From: Octopus vulgaris
Lineage: Eukaryota
DNA: 64,000 nt
Assembly: GCA_951406725.2 (NCBI GenBank)
Contig: OX597815.1
Location: 2,170,001 to 2,234,000 of the forward strand
Reading direction: 5' to 3'
The notes below the pieces were generated by a model that was given only the letters and a program-made list of their open reading frames with translations, searched no databases and was not told the DNA's origin. The translations under genes and the position numbers were made by a program. This document shows, piece by piece, positions 40,923 through 54,569 of this stretch; the stretch's first letter is position 1; each line of letters begins with the position of its first letter.

Positions 40923-42386
40923 AAGGTGACAAGCTGACGAAATTGGTTGAGCGTTGGACAAAACGCTTTGAAGAATTTCTTCCGGGTCTTTTCCGTTTTA
41001 GTTCAATGCCCGTCTGGGTTAATTTGTATTTCATCCTTTCGGGTTGGGTTTCAATTGTATTAACGGAAGTTTTTCGGATTGTTTGAAGGTTTATCTAATC
41101 ATCTCGGAAAGAAAAAAAGAAGCGTTTGTTTTGAGGTATTTTTAAATATTTATATATTCTTATTAAAAAGTCATTTGTGATATTTTCACAGATCGTAATA
41201 TGGCTTCCTCAGAAGTAGAAGGAAGAGATGTTCGTCACAGTGGTTGCACTAGTTGTCTCAGGTAACACGCCTTCAAATTACTTTCAAGCAAAAGAAAATA
41301 TATAATGGAAAAGAGAAATATCTATATAGTTAAATTTTTCAAATGGAAATGTTTATAATTATACAATGGAAGACACCATGGAAAATAGTGCTGGAATCAT
41401 TAATTTGTATGGTGATAGTGGTGGAGGAACTGCATGAAGAGTAGCAACAATAACAGCAACAACGGCATTCTCTCATCTGCAAATGCTGTGAGTGAAAACG
41501 AGGGACTTGACAGGAAGCATCTCAAAGCAAAGAAGAACTGAACGAAATACAGAGGAGAGTGCTTCCTTGCTCGATATCGTTGGAAATGAAATACTTGTGC
41601 TCAAAAATATAAAAGAAAATTACGGTGAGTGGTTTTTATATTCCTATGAAAGCTGCAGCTGATGTGTGGAAGGATATATCCTCCATCGGTCCGGGAACGA
41701 TATATTAAGACCCTGCAAAAGGCGTAAAGACAAATATAGCACAAGCCCTCAAGATTAGTGTCCGGCGTGCTGGAAGACGTGTGACAGTGAGGCACCTGTT
41801 AGCTATTGTTAAAGCGTTTCTCTAAAACCTGCTTTAAACCTAGGCTCTGGTTATCGGCTGTGGCTCGGTCAGCGAATCCTCTGCGACGGTCGACAATCAA
41901 CCGCAAGACGAGCTGCTACGTATGTGTTTACATGTGACTGGGGACCACCCGTGAACTTGTATTCCCACTGAATTTCCGAAATCAGCTCAACTCCACCCAA
42001 GTACAAGAACATGTAAATAGAGACAAGTTGAACCATAAACCTGTTCATTGGGCGATGCCACGGTATAGGAGTGTTAGGAATACTCGAATAATGACCATAG
42101 ATATTGGCGGAGGTGCCAAAGCTTGGCTCTGGTGTTACCCTTTACTCGATATTATTGACGTGTCGAGGTTAGAGGTGAGTTCTATTATCGGTTTCGATCT
42201 GCGTGGATATTCATTCCCTAATGATACCCGCAAAGCACAAGACTATGTCGATATTGTAACCTAATTACTAGGAGTGCAGTGCAGAGGGTTCACTTATCAA
42301 ACAGTAGCAGTTTAATAATTGACTTGAGGAACTTTTGTAGAGAAAAGGACACGAAAAAAGGGGTCTAGCTTACAGCTGCGCTTAAA

Positions 42387-42638
42387 CATCTAAAATAAGG
42401 GAACGGAGGAGATAAAATCCAGACTATATATGTTTCATAGCGGAACCTCAGAAGCAGTAAATTATCCAGACGAGGGGTAGACCCCAAGCTGTTTTTCAGG
42501 CGAAGGGTACCTTGATCCTTGGCCTGAAGAGTAGCTTCCGGTCTAACTCGCGTTTGGATAATTTACTGCTTCTGAGGTTTTGCTAGTCATGAAACAACAT
42601 ATCTAGCCTGGATTTTATCTCCTCCCTAATTTTAGGTG
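42387..42638. repeat. Head-to-head inverted pair of hammerhead cassettes, family H4
   Basis: Arms 42405-42475 and 42547-42625 are reverse complements. The plus unit reads ggc-CTGAAGA(42524)-gtagc...GAAAC(42591)...CTA-gcc. Confidence 0.7.
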
Positions 42639-42863
42639 GTTATTCGCATATACAGCAACCCCAGTTCCTAACTGTGAACTATAAAATAACCTATTTTTTT
42701 TTCAGCTAATCCTACTTCGATACGGGAAAATGTCTCACAACCTTCTGCACCAATAAACCGCTGTTGTTGCTGAAAGTTGTTTTTTATATCTTTTACAACT
42801 CCTTGAAGCACACTAACTTCCTACAGCTTGATCCTTGGATCTTACATTTACACATTGGGGGGA

Positions 42864-43249
42864 GGAAGCACTCCGTCGGTTACGATGACGAGGGTTCCGG
42901 TTGATCCGAATCAACGGAACAGCCTGCTCGTGAAATTAACGTGTAAGTGGCTGAGCACTCCACAGACACGTGCACCCTTAACGTAGTTCTCGGGGATATT
43001 CAGCGTGACACAGAGAGTGACAAGGCCGGGCCTTTGAAATACAGGTACAACAGAAACAGGAAGTAAGAGTGAGAGAGAAAGTTGTGGTGAAAGAGTACAG
43101 CAGGGATCACCACCATCCCCTGCCGGAGCCTCGTGGAGCTTTAGGTGTTTTCGCTCAATAAACACTCACAACACCCGGTCTGGGAATCGAAACCGCGATC
43201 CTATGACCGCGAGTCCGCTGCCCTAACCACAGGGCCATTGCGCCTCCAC
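42864..43249 (-). mobile_element. tRNA-derived SINE, family D, full length
   Basis: Minus head GTGGAGGCGCAATGGCCCTGTGGTTAGGGCAGCGG, B box GTTTCGATTCCC; tail shared with 44298-44535. Confidence 0.85.
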
Positions 43250-43289
43250 ATTTTACACATTAATGTATATACATATACATGTGTGTGTG

Positions 43290-43525
43290 TGTGCATGTGT
43301 GTGTTTGTGACTGTGTTTGTCTCCAGCCACCGCTTGACAATCGGTGTTGGTGCGTTTACGTCCCCATAACATGCGGTCAGGCAAAAAGAACAGATAGAAC
43401 GAGTACCAGTATTAAAAGAAAGAAAGAAAAAAATGAAAAGTTCTGGGGTCGATTCATTCATATAAAAGCTCTTCACAGCAGTGCCCCAGCATGGCCTCAT
43501 TTTGATGACTGAAACCAGTGAAATT
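43290..43525 (+). mobile_element. SINE family A, diverged 3' half
   Basis: CGCTTGACAATCGGTGTTGG...CCCCAGCATGGCC...GACTGAAAC. Confidence 0.75.
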
Positions 43526-43567
43526 TAAACAGAGAAATACACTCATATGCCCTCATAAACACACACA

Positions 43568-43636
<69 letters not shown>

Positions 43637-43803
43637 ACACACACACACAAACACTTAATCTTGTGGTGAAAACATTGATTTGAAGACATGGTTTCTGTAG
43701 AAGATACGATGAGAGACAGCCATGTGTTGAGGCGATAACAACAAAACTGTAGATTTGTTTCAAATTGTTAGACAAGAGGTCGCTAATGAGAAGCTTTGAG
43801 GAT

Positions 43804-43841
<38 letters not shown>

Positions 43842-44297
43842 ATGGTAGTGGTGGTGGTTTTAGTAATAGTAGTGTTTGTAGTAGTAGTAGTAGTAGTAGT
43901 AGTAGGTTAAATTTTAAGAATATTCGAGAGAAACAGTGTCTTAGTGGAATCTAACGAGTAACTGAATATTTTCGAAATTATCTTCATTTTAGTAATGAGG
44001 TTTTATTAGGATTAAAAAGCAGTTAAAGATACGGATTAATCTCTTTAGATTTAATTGCTGAGAACAAGAACATTAATAAGAAATAAATCTCATTTGATTA
44101 TTAGTTGCTGTTGTTATTGTTGTTGTTGTTGTTGTTGCAGAATAAACATATTTTTGAAGAAAAAGAAACTGTTGGAATAGTTTGCATAATGAATGAGCTG
44201 GATCCTCAATCCGTTTCAACTACTTCTGCAAATAGGCGCCGGGTTAAATAAAATGAACGAAAAATTTGAGATGTGCGCAGTTGAAAGAGCATTAAAT

Positions 44298-44535
44298 TGA
44301 AGGCGCGTGGTTGGGGGATTCGGATCACGATCGTAAGGTTGCCAGTTCAATTCTCGGCGGCGTGTCGTGTCCTTGAGTAAGAAAATGTTTTGTACCTGTA
44401 ATTCAAAGGGTTCATTCTGGGGCAGTCTGAATCTCACCGAGAACTCTGTTAATGGTTCGCGTGTCTGTGGAGTGCTCAGCCACTTGCATGTTAATTTCAC
44501 GAGGAGACCAGTCCGTCGTAGTAACCGACGGAGGC
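44298..44535 (+). mobile_element. Diverged SINE related to families C and D
   Basis: TGAAGGCGCGTGG head and GTGTCTGTGGAGTGCTCAGCCACTTGCATGTTAATTTCACGAG tail. Confidence 0.7.
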
Positions 44536-44807
44536 CTTGTTCATTGAAGCGAAAAAGTCATCAATGTATCATACTGAACGCATATACACCTTTGATGCTA
44601 TGATTTTCGTTCGAGGGAAAACCTCTGTATAAATATACTGTGTTAGTCAGTTGAGGCCTTCAGTTGTTTGCAAATATTACATCAGATCTCAGAACTGGTG
44701 AGAACTCGATCGCTGAGATACGACTTTGTTATAGTAAACCATCAGCTGACATTTCTTTCTCTCTATTCTCCAATCATTAGAAAAATCCCCCACCATCAGG
44801 ACTGCCA

Positions 44808-47500
44808 TCACCCCCGAACAGCTGGGCGAAGTACTCCCGAAAAAGCCTCATACATTTCCTCGGGTTCATTTACCAAGACATCATTTTGATTCTTCAAAAA
44901 CCGAATAGTGGAATTATTTCCTTGCCGAGCTTCCACCACTGGGGCCCATCCAGCGGCCTTGATTCCTTCACTTACCATCTCACGTAACTTAGCTCTGGCA
45001 ATACTTCCCATGTGTTGGGCTTCAAGATGCTGGTTCAACTCCACTCTCTTCACCTTCACTTGGTCCGCATTACCAGTCCTCCAGGCTTCTTCTAGTTCCT
45101 TAACTAGACCATCTCTTATTCTACGTCCCTTCATGGCTAAAATTTTGCTAAACCTAATAGACTCATATTTTTTGGATCTTTTTAGGGCGTACCACCATTT
45201 GTTATTAATGATGGTACCTGTTAATGCCCTCTGTATTAACATCACGATCTGCTTTCTGTACTCCTCAATCGCCAAAAGGGACGTATTGAGTTTCCAGTAG
45301 CCAGATCCCTGTCTATGCAACTTATCTACGGTCAGCTTACAGGTAACCATCTTGTGATGACTGTAGCTGACTAGATAAAACAGTGGACACTTAGCTATGG
45401 ATTTATCTGTTTTTCTAATTAAAACCCTATCTAGATATGTTCTGGAAGACCCGTCACTATTTGACCACGTCCACTATAGAGTGTTCGGGTGTTCCAACAT
45501 ATATATGGATCTGCCAACTGAAAGTGACTTAGCATATCCCGTAAGTCAGGGTTACATTTTCTATTCATGTTCGAGCCAACACAATCTGTGTGTGCGTCAC
45601 GTTTGTGTTAAAGTCTCCTATCAGTACTAACGAATGTGACATGGCCAGGAACTTGCCCAGGTCACGAAAACAACTTTGTGGGCCCATAACGTTGGGTGAA
45701 TAAATTGCAACCAGCCTGATTATCTTGCCACAACTGAATGTCAGGTCAAGGACTCACAACCTGCCTTCTGGATCAGAAAAAAACAACTTTTTCTCGGCTA
45801 TCCGGTTTCTTTTTAGTAGGACCAACATCCCACCCACACCTCCCGCCCGACTCGGAGAAACGTATGTCTCATAGCCGTTCAGGAGGGGGAGCAGATCTCT
45901 TGGTCCCTTCACCCTGGTTTCCGTTGCAACAATCACAACTAATTTTCTTGACCTGATGTCATTTAGGAAGCGCCCTTGCTTCCAAAATAATAGACATCAG
46001 GCCGCGAACATTTACACAACCAATGTGAATATACATTACTTAGATATTTAATCCAGGGTGTCCTGTGGAGAGGGACTCTCCACCTTTTCTTGACATAGGG
46101 TCGGAGGTGGCAAGTCTTGAAAAATGGATTGATTAAAATTCGATCTCGTCATCGACACCGACTTTCTATACGTGTAAATATAATACATTATAATACAATT
46201 TATCCATTTCGTAGAACTCGTAGTTCTTCCATTTATCAGAAAGTTCTGTAATCCTAGTGGCTGATTTTTGTCGCTTTTATTTCTCTCATTAAATCTTCAT
46301 TTTTGCTACATAACTCGACCATCCCTCTGTCTTTTGCTTCCTTCCTTACTATTTTTGGTTTGTCTCTTTTCGCAGTATTATTTGGTCTTAGTTCGACCTG
46401 TTTTTGTTGATTTGAGCTTTCCATTATTCTCTCGTTGTTAGTTGCTTTCTTTTCTTCTGTTTCTCTCTTTCTCTCCTCCTCCTCGCCATCGGATTCTTCC
46501 TCGCCGTCTCTACAGTGTTATTTTTATATGCCCCAGCTGGCCACACTGGAAACATCGGGGCTTACGCCCCTCGACGAATACGCTAAGGAATTCCTCCACA
46601 ATTTCTACTTTCTCCGGAAACTGTTCTCCGGAAACTGTTCTACTTGTATTAGGAGGTGAACTGTTTAACCGGTCAAAGAAGCCTTTTCTGTGACGGTAGC
46701 CTGAAGGAGCGTTATAATATCTTCCTTTTCTGCCAGGACTGCCGTCATCAACCACAGGGTCGACTTGCGGTGGGACCCTTGTTATGTGTGTCTTTGACGT
46801 CCTCATTCCTGAATATATTGGAATTAAAACAACAACCTCCGTTTCTAAAGATTTAACTAAGTGCATTTGTGCAGTTTCTATATCTTTTAGTCGTACTTCG
46901 GTAGTACCAAACTTCTTCCCTCTGGCTAAGTATGTGATATTCCTGCCAGATGGGTTTCAAGCACTTCTCATCTTTCTCTTCGCTGACTTGATCAATTTTT
47001 TTCCTTTTTAGACAGCAAGATTTAAAAATATTGATTTTTCTTTTTTCTAACATTAATATTTCTTCCGGGGGTTTAACTTTCACAACACCGTCTTCAATTG
47101 TTATCATATCTTTGAACTTTATCAGATCATTTTTGTTTGTCGACAGCTGGCGGGTTCCACCTCCAGCCGCCGATGCATAATTTCTTTTTTGTTTATTTTC
47201 TTCTGTTTGAAGGCTTTTCACGTCAATATTCCTCTTTGCAACAGGTACACATTGATGGTTGAAAAAATTCACTTTCAGATGAATCCGAAATATCGCCAAA
47301 TATTAAACTTTCAATCTTTTTTCCCTCCCTGTTGGTTGACGACTCTTCGCCAGACGAAGGTGCATTTTTCGGCATCGTGCCAGCAATTAAAGTTTCCCCC
47401 AGAAGGGAAAACACACGATAGTTTTCGAACGAAGACTATCACACAAATAATTATAACAGGAAATAATACAAAAACAGTCAACAGAAACTTGCACTTACTA
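44808..47500 (-). mobile_element. Tx1/L1-clade LINE 5' part: ORF1 (CCHC knuckle) and ORF2 APE endonuclease (ATG at 46036), 3'-truncated and decayed
   Basis: ORF1 has PRCFQCGQLGHIK. ORF2 has MYIHIGCVNVRGL, ATETRV, DPEGRL, WTWSNSDGSSRTYLDRVLI and GSGYWKLNTSLL. Confidence 0.88.
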
Positions 47501-47552
47501 TACAGACGCACTCCAATAATAATTACCAATAAATCCAAATTCACACAGACGA

Positions 47553-48154
47553 TATACCTATTTCTTTACTACCCAAAAGGGGCTAAACACAGAGAGGACA
47601 AATAAGAACAGACAATCGGATTAAGTCGATTACATCGACCCCAGTGCGTAACTGGTACTTATTTGATCGACCCTGAAAGGATGAAAGGTAAAGTCGACCT
47701 CGGCGGAATTTGAACTCAGAACGTAGCGGCAGGCGAAATACCTATTTCTTTACTACCCACAAGGGGCTAAACACAGAGAGGACAAATAACAGACAATCGG
47801 ATTAAGTCGATTACATCGACCCCAGTGCGTAACTGGTACTTATTTGATCGACTTCGAAAGGATGAAAGGTAAAGTCGACCTCGGCGGAATTTGAACTCAG
47901 AACGTAGCGGCAGGCGAAATACCTATTTCTTTACTACCCACAAGGGGCTAAACACAGAGGAGACAAACAAGGACAAACAAAAGGATTAAGTGGATTATAT
48001 TGACCCGAGTGCGTAACTGGTACTTAATTTATTGACCCCGAAAGGATGAAAGGCAAAGTCGACCTCGGCGGAATTTGAACTCAGAACGTAACGGCAGACG
48101 AAATACGGCTACGCATTTCGCTCGGCGTGCTAACGATTCTGCCAGCTCGCCGCC
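47553..48154 (-). mobile_element. SINE family B, one head plus three tandem bodies
   Basis: Unit TACCTATTTCTTTACTACCCA...GAACGTAGCGGCAGGCGAAA at about 47555, 47739 and 47920; head ends at 48154. Confidence 0.9.
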
Positions 48155-48441
48155 CTCACAAGCGTTTTATCCCTTTATGAAATCATTAAACAGAGAAGGG
48201 CCATAGTATCGCCCCTTCTTTCGTTTCCTATGTAAACATATAACCCGCACCCACGACAAACCCGAAAACAAACCCAAACAAAAGTTTCGTGCGTCATTCA
48301 AATTATTATTTCCTTCTTCATCCATTTTGTTTTCATTGTGGTTTTTTTCTTTTACTTTTTCTCCTCATATTATATTTATTTATTGCTCCGCTAGTTAAAT
48401 GTTGTATAAATTCTGATGGTTGCTATACGAATGCTGCTATT

Positions 48442-48484
<43 letters not shown>

Positions 48485-48579
48485 AAGCAGTAGTTTAAAT
48501 CAACTTTTATCAGGCCAATAAATCACCACTTCACACATCCGTATATAAATATATTGTATGTATGTTGTATATATGTGTA

Positions 48580-48618
<39 letters not shown>

Positions 48619-48644
48619 GCATGTATATACATATACATATATGA

Positions 48645-48677
<33 letters not shown>

Positions 48678-48826
48678 CACATATATTTATGTATATATAT
48701 ATATATATATATATATGTACATGCATATATATATATATATATATATAGACAAATATATACTTACATACACACATATATATATACAGATACAAACACATAT
48801 GTTTATATACGAATGTACATACATGC

Positions 48827-48859
<33 letters not shown>

Positions 48860-49107
48860 CAAAGGAAAACGTTTATTGATTATGAATTCAGGCACTTGTT
48901 TGTTCCTATGTACATAGAAATATAATTGACTCTGCACACTGATTCACGCGCGCGCAGACAGACGCAGTTACACACGCATACACATATGACACACACGCAC
49001 ATGCACCCACGTGCATATACATGTCTATATAGATATATCTGTTCACATATGCATAAAGGCTCACATTCATACCTACGCATACACCCATCTTAACACTTAT
49101 ATATATA

Positions 49108-49310
49108 GTTAATCCAAATAAGAAAGCACAACAACGCGAGGACGTGGAACAAATATAGTATTATTGGATGCTCAGGAAAAAAGGAAAGAAGGAGGACTCA
49201 ACGTTTCGAGCGAAGCTCTTCGTCGGAAACATAGGAGAAGGAAAGATCCAGAGAAGGGAAGACAGAGGGAAAAAATCGACAACGGTACACACGCGGTCAC
49301 ATTTTGAAAT
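49108..49310 (-). mobile_element. H2 hammerhead cassette; motif 49196-49230
   Basis: Minus strand reads gttt-CCGACGA-agagc-ttc-gctc-GAAAC-GTT-gagt; (TA)n on both sides. Confidence 0.7.
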
Positions 49311-49355
<45 letters not shown>

Positions 49356-49729
49356 CATATGCATATATGGGTACATGACGTCACCAACGATGCAAATAAC
49401 ATGAAATGCTTAAACAACGAGAAAAAATGGAAACAGGACAAGTAAACACAGAGAAAGGGCCCTTCATCAGCTGTCGGCTCCCTATCTACTCCTCATTTTG
49501 AGCATTCAGTAACAATATGAGTCTTCAAAGACAGTTGCTCCCATAAATTCTAAAATAAAATTTAGGATTTATAGAGGGTTGAAGTTGGGAACAAAAAAAA
49601 AATGACAGTGGAGACATACAAGGAAACCGAAGAAAACAAGCATGGGGGTCGTTAGACCAGAACAGGCGGAAAATAGTGAACGCTGGGAGAAAAATTTTAT
49701 TTTTGTAAAGAGAAAAGATAGCAGAGAGA

Positions 49730-49763
<34 letters not shown>

Positions 49764-49898
49764 AAACACGTCCGTTCTTTTAAACATCCGAGCACAAAAA
49801 GAGAGATGATCACGCGAGAAAAAGAAAGATGGATGATGGTCACGTGTGAACAATGAGAGAAAGAAAGAGAGAAGAAGAGAAAGAGGAAACAGTGAGAT

Positions 49899-49955
<57 letters not shown>

Positions 49956-50030
49956 CTGACAGACAGATAGAAACGATTATTTATTTTTTAATTGAATGCA
50001 ACGTATCCGCTTAATACTTATATATATATA

Positions 50031-50536
50031 TCTATATATATAAAACTCTAGTTGTGTGAGTGTCTGTCCCCTTCGATTTAGATTCCTAACTCCTCCCACA
50101 TTTTGCGGTGCAGTTTAACCAAATTCGGGTATCTTATAGTCGTGATTCATATCGAGCCCGTCTGACTATTAGCGCGCGTCAACGATGAGTCTATGATTTT
50201 AAAAATAATTTAACATCATTTTTTATTCCATTTTAATGCATAAAATGCATCGTGTGTCGATGGCGGCGGAGTTGGCGTCCACGCTCACAGCTGCACCTGT
50301 TTGCTTCTCCCCCTTCCCTCCCTCGTGAAGCTGTGGGGAAGGGAGTGTAAAGAAATCAACGTCGTAAAGCGTTGTGAAGGAGACCAGCGTTCTTTTAGAA
50401 CAACGACTTCATGGCTTGAAGACACCAAAACAAAAATGGCTAAGAAAGCCCGAATTTATAAGGGAAGTAACTCTCTAAAAATGCTTATATAGTTATTTCC
50501 CTTACAAACCCGAGCAACGCCGGGCGATACTGCTAG
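50031..50536 (+). mobile_element. Non-autonomous Helitron (longer subfamily 2 variant)
   Basis: A|TCTATATATATAAAACTCTAG ... CCCGAGCAACGCCGGGCGATACTGCTAG|T. Confidence 0.88.
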
Positions 50537-50586
50537 TATATATATAAATATCAAACTTACCTGGAAACTGATACGTTGCATTCAAT

Positions 50587-50633
<47 letters not shown>

Positions 50634-50666
50634 GTGTGTGTGTGTGTGTGTTTGTGTGTATGTGTA

Positions 50667-50747
<81 letters not shown>

Positions 50748-50753
<6 letters not shown>

Positions 50754-50940
50754 TACAAAAGAAAAAATCAAAAGACGACGACGGTTGTGTAAACAACAAA
50801 CAGATGTATTAGTTTAACGGTCGGGAAGTGAGAAAGTCTTTTACGTTTCGAGGCTACGCTCTTCGACAGAAAGGAACACAGAAATAAGCAGTGAGAGAAA
50901 ATAGAAAAAGGTTTAGTGGCTAGAGATCTATCATGGCGAA
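50748..50940 (-). mobile_element. H1 hammerhead cassette; motif 50838-50873
   Basis: Minus strand reads cttt-CTGTCGA-agagcgtagcctc-GAAAC-GTA-aaag. Confidence 0.7.
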
Positions 50941-50969
50941 TGATATATATATATGTATATATATATATT

Positions 50970-51255
50970 TGTCTCAAAGTCGTAAGTGTCATTCCTGTTT
51001 TTATTCGTTACTGTTTCCAATTTTATCTTCGTCTCTTGTTTTCCTATTCGTCTCTGTTGTCACATTCTTTCCTTCTACCAAGCAAATCTAATGCCCATAG
51101 CTTAGCTTTTCCTTGGGGCTGGCCTTTTCGGAGCAAATCTCAGAATTAAACAGCCGAAATTTGCCATGATGAATCGGTTTCTGACTGAAGAATGAAGGCC
51201 CTGAATTACTGTCTGTTTTTCCGTGTTTGTCAATTCGTGAATTTCCCTTTCTTTA
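50970..51255 (+). mobile_element. Family H3 cassette
   Basis: Homologous to 31743-32068; TA-rich flanks. Confidence 0.6.
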
Positions 51256-51271
51256 TATATAAGTTTTATTC

Positions 51272-51361
<90 letters not shown>

Positions 51362-51437
51362 ATAGTTACATGCAGCTTTTTTGCAAAAGAAAAGGGAGTA
51401 CTCAAAAGATCATAAGTCATTCCTCATTTAGACTAAA

Positions 51438-51827
51438 CTAGCAGTATCGCCCGGCGTTGCTCGGGTTTGTAAGAGAAAATAACGATATAATCATTTTTAG
51501 AGAGTTATAGCCAAAAAATAGCAAAAAATGCATTAAAAATGGAAAACAAAGTGATGGTAAATTTTTTTTTAAATCGTTGACTCATCGTAGACATTTTTAG
51601 AGAGTTACTTCCCTTATATAATAGCGAAAAAATGCATTAAAATGGGATAAAATGATGGTAATTTTTTTTTTAAATCGTAGACTCATCATAGACGTGCGCT
51701 AATACCCAGAAGGGCTCGATATGAATCACGACTATAAGATACCCGGTTTTGGTTAAACTGCACCGCAAAATGTGGGAGTAGTTAGGAATCTAAATCGTAG
51801 GAGATACCTCACTTTTATATATAAAGA
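51438..51827 (-). mobile_element. Non-autonomous Helitron (subfamily 2)
   Basis: Minus strand A|TCTTTATATATAAAAGTGAG ... hairpin + CTAG|T. Confidence 0.88.
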
Positions 51828-52224
51828 TTTTTGTCTTTTTCTCGCCTTTCCAGGTTTACACTACAGACATGATTTGGAGAACTTTTCGGCTTCGGTCCAA
51901 TGCATTCTACTTCTTTACACTGCCATGGGTTCCTTCGTTGGCATATATGATCCTTATATTCCTTTGCCGGTATCTCACTTCCATCATTTTGAGGTAGTCC
52001 AAGTTTCACGTGTCAATTCGTTGACCTTTGTGTTTTCATGCGCCAGTTTCGCTACTGGAGTCATATTGCCATTTCTATTATGTTCGTGTCTTTTTCATAT
52101 TATTGCTGTGTGGTCGCAACATTTCGAAACCACCCAACATAAACAATGCGTGTGTGCGTCTATACACACACACACACACACATGTATGTATGTATGTATA
52201 TATATATATATATTCATATATATA

Positions 52225-52281
<57 letters not shown>

Positions 52282-52341
52282 CACATATGCATGTATATAT
52301 ATATACATATTTATATGCATATATATATATTACATATCCAT

Positions 52342-52401
<60 letters not shown>

Positions 52402-52419
52402 ATGTGTATATGTTTGTGT

Positions 52420-52614
52420 GTATGTGTCTGTCCCCCCCCCCACCGTCGCATGACAACCAATGCTGGTGTGTTTACATCCCCGTAACATAGCGGTTCGGCA
52501 AAAGAGAGCGATAGAATAAGTCTAGGCTTACAAAGAATAGGTCCAGAGCTCGATTTGTTCGACTAAAGGCGGTGCTCCACCATGGCCACAATCAAATGAC
52601 TGAAACAAATAAAA

Positions 52615-52647
<33 letters not shown>

Positions 52648-52807
52648 CGCAGGAGTGGCTGTGTGGTAAGTAGCTTGTTTACCAACCGCATGGTTCCGGG
52701 TTCAGTCCCACTGCGTGTCACCTTGGGCAAGTGTCTTCTACTATAGCCTCGGGCCGACCAAAGCCTTGTGAGTGGATTTGGTAGACGGAAACTGAAAGAA
52801 GCCCGTC

Positions 52808-52844
<37 letters not shown>

Positions 52845-53043
52845 TGTGTGTGTTTGTCCCCCAGCATTGCTTGACAACCGATGCTGGTGTGTTTATGTCC
52901 CCGTTACTTAGCAGTTCGGCAAAAGAGACCGATAGAATAAGTACTGGGCTTACAAAAGAATAAGTCCCGGGGTCGAGTTGCTCGATTAAAGGCGGTGCTC
53001 CAGCATGGCCGCTGTCAAATGACTGAAACAAGTAAAAGATTAA

Positions 53044-53046
<3 letters not shown>
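52420..53046 (+). mobile_element. SINE family A: 3' half (52420-52617) and a full copy (52646-53046)
   Basis: Matches the family A consensus. Confidence 0.88.
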
Positions 53047-53092
<46 letters not shown>

Positions 53093-53341
53093 TGCATATA
53101 CATATAAATGCAATAGATTCCTCCTATTGACCTATTGGTTAGAGTGTTGCAGTTGTGCTCATCTGATCGTGGGTTTGACTCCCGGACCGTGCAATGTGTT
53201 GTGTTCTTGAGCAAAACTCTCCACTTCATGTTGCTCCAGCCCACTCAGCAGTAAATGTGCAACCCTGAGACAGGCTAATCTTCCGATCAGGAAGAACTTA
53301 GGCCTGCACGCCTAACCAGCGGGGCGGTATTTTTGAAAAGC

Positions 53342-53560
53342 TGTGTTTAGCCCCTTGTGGGTAGTAAAGAAATAGGTATTTCTTCTGTCTTTACGTTCTG
53401 AGTTCAAATTCCGCCGAAGTCGACTTTGCCTTTCATCCTTTCGGGGTCGATTAAATAAGTACCAGTTACGCACTGGGGTCGATGTAATTGACTTGATCCG
53501 TTTGTCTGTCTTTGTTTGTCCTCTTTGTGTTTAGCCCCTTGTGGGTAGTAAAGAAATAGA
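53342..53560 (+). mobile_element. SINE family B, headless body unit
   Basis: TGTGTTTAGCCCCTTGTGGGTAGTAAAGAAATAG occurs at both ends. Confidence 0.8.
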
Positions 53561-54072
53561 TAAGCACACGCATGTTCATATCTCTCGGAAAAAGAAAAAT
53601 ATGCTACCCATCGTTTTATCCCACAACATGGCAGAATTTTTCTTCAGTAAATTTCTTCCTTTAAAATCTTTTGTGTTTTAATGTTTGTTGTTTTTAATAA
53701 TTTTTTGCTGTGTTTTATGTGTTTTGTATAAAACACCAGCAGAACATCTTCTTCCACTTCATCGGCGAATCCTTGCAACCATTGCATCCGAATGAGGTGC
53801 TTGTATTTTGCTGCGCATTCTTCCACATAAAGGAATTTCATTATTCACTTGAAGAACTGGATTAGATATTGAAATAAGTGGCTTTTAGGAAACCGTCCCC
53901 TTTCTTGAAACTATCTCATCAAACATATTATGACGTTTCAACGAATGAAATTATTGAATGCAAGACCATGCTACAGTGGCACGGCGACCATTGCGTTAAT
54001 ACAACGGAAAAATAACTCGGACATTTGTAGTAAAATCTATATTAAGTTCTATGAGAAACAATTAGATATTGT

Positions 54073-54174
<102 letters not shown>

Positions 54175-54304
54175 CTCGATCCTTTCCCCTCTTTCTCTTT
54201 CTCTCTCTCTCTCTCTCCACACACACACATATATATATATATATGTGTAGAAAATAATAAAAAGGAATTTTGTAGAATCTTCGTTCGGCTCCATTTCTTC
54301 CCTT

Positions 54305-54359
<55 letters not shown>

Positions 54360-54363
<4 letters not shown>

Positions 54364-54560
54364 AAATTAAGGAATGGAGCAGGTAAAATCCAGTCTACAT
54401 ATGTTTTCATAGCAGAAGCTGGTGAATAGCAATCCTCGAAACGAGGGGTAGTCCGCTGGCTACTCGTCGGGGCCAACGAATCCCTTTTATACCCCCGACG
54501 GACTCTTCGAAGATTACTCACTTCCAATGCCTTGATTCTTGGATCTTACCTTTGCATATT
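54360..54560 (-). mobile_element. H4 hammerhead cassette; motif 54393-54474
   Basis: Minus strand reads gcc-CCGACGA-gtagc...gctat-GAAA-ACATATGT-A-gac; homologous to the 42.4-kb arms. Confidence 0.6.
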
Positions 54561-54569
54561 GTATATATT

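Noticed and set aside
41700-42250. RNase H-like VVPSH word on the minus strand
   Set aside because: The other catalytic motifs were not found; too degenerate to call.
53644-53841. 65-aa ORF or possible exon
   Set aside because: No recognisable homology and ambiguous splice signals.
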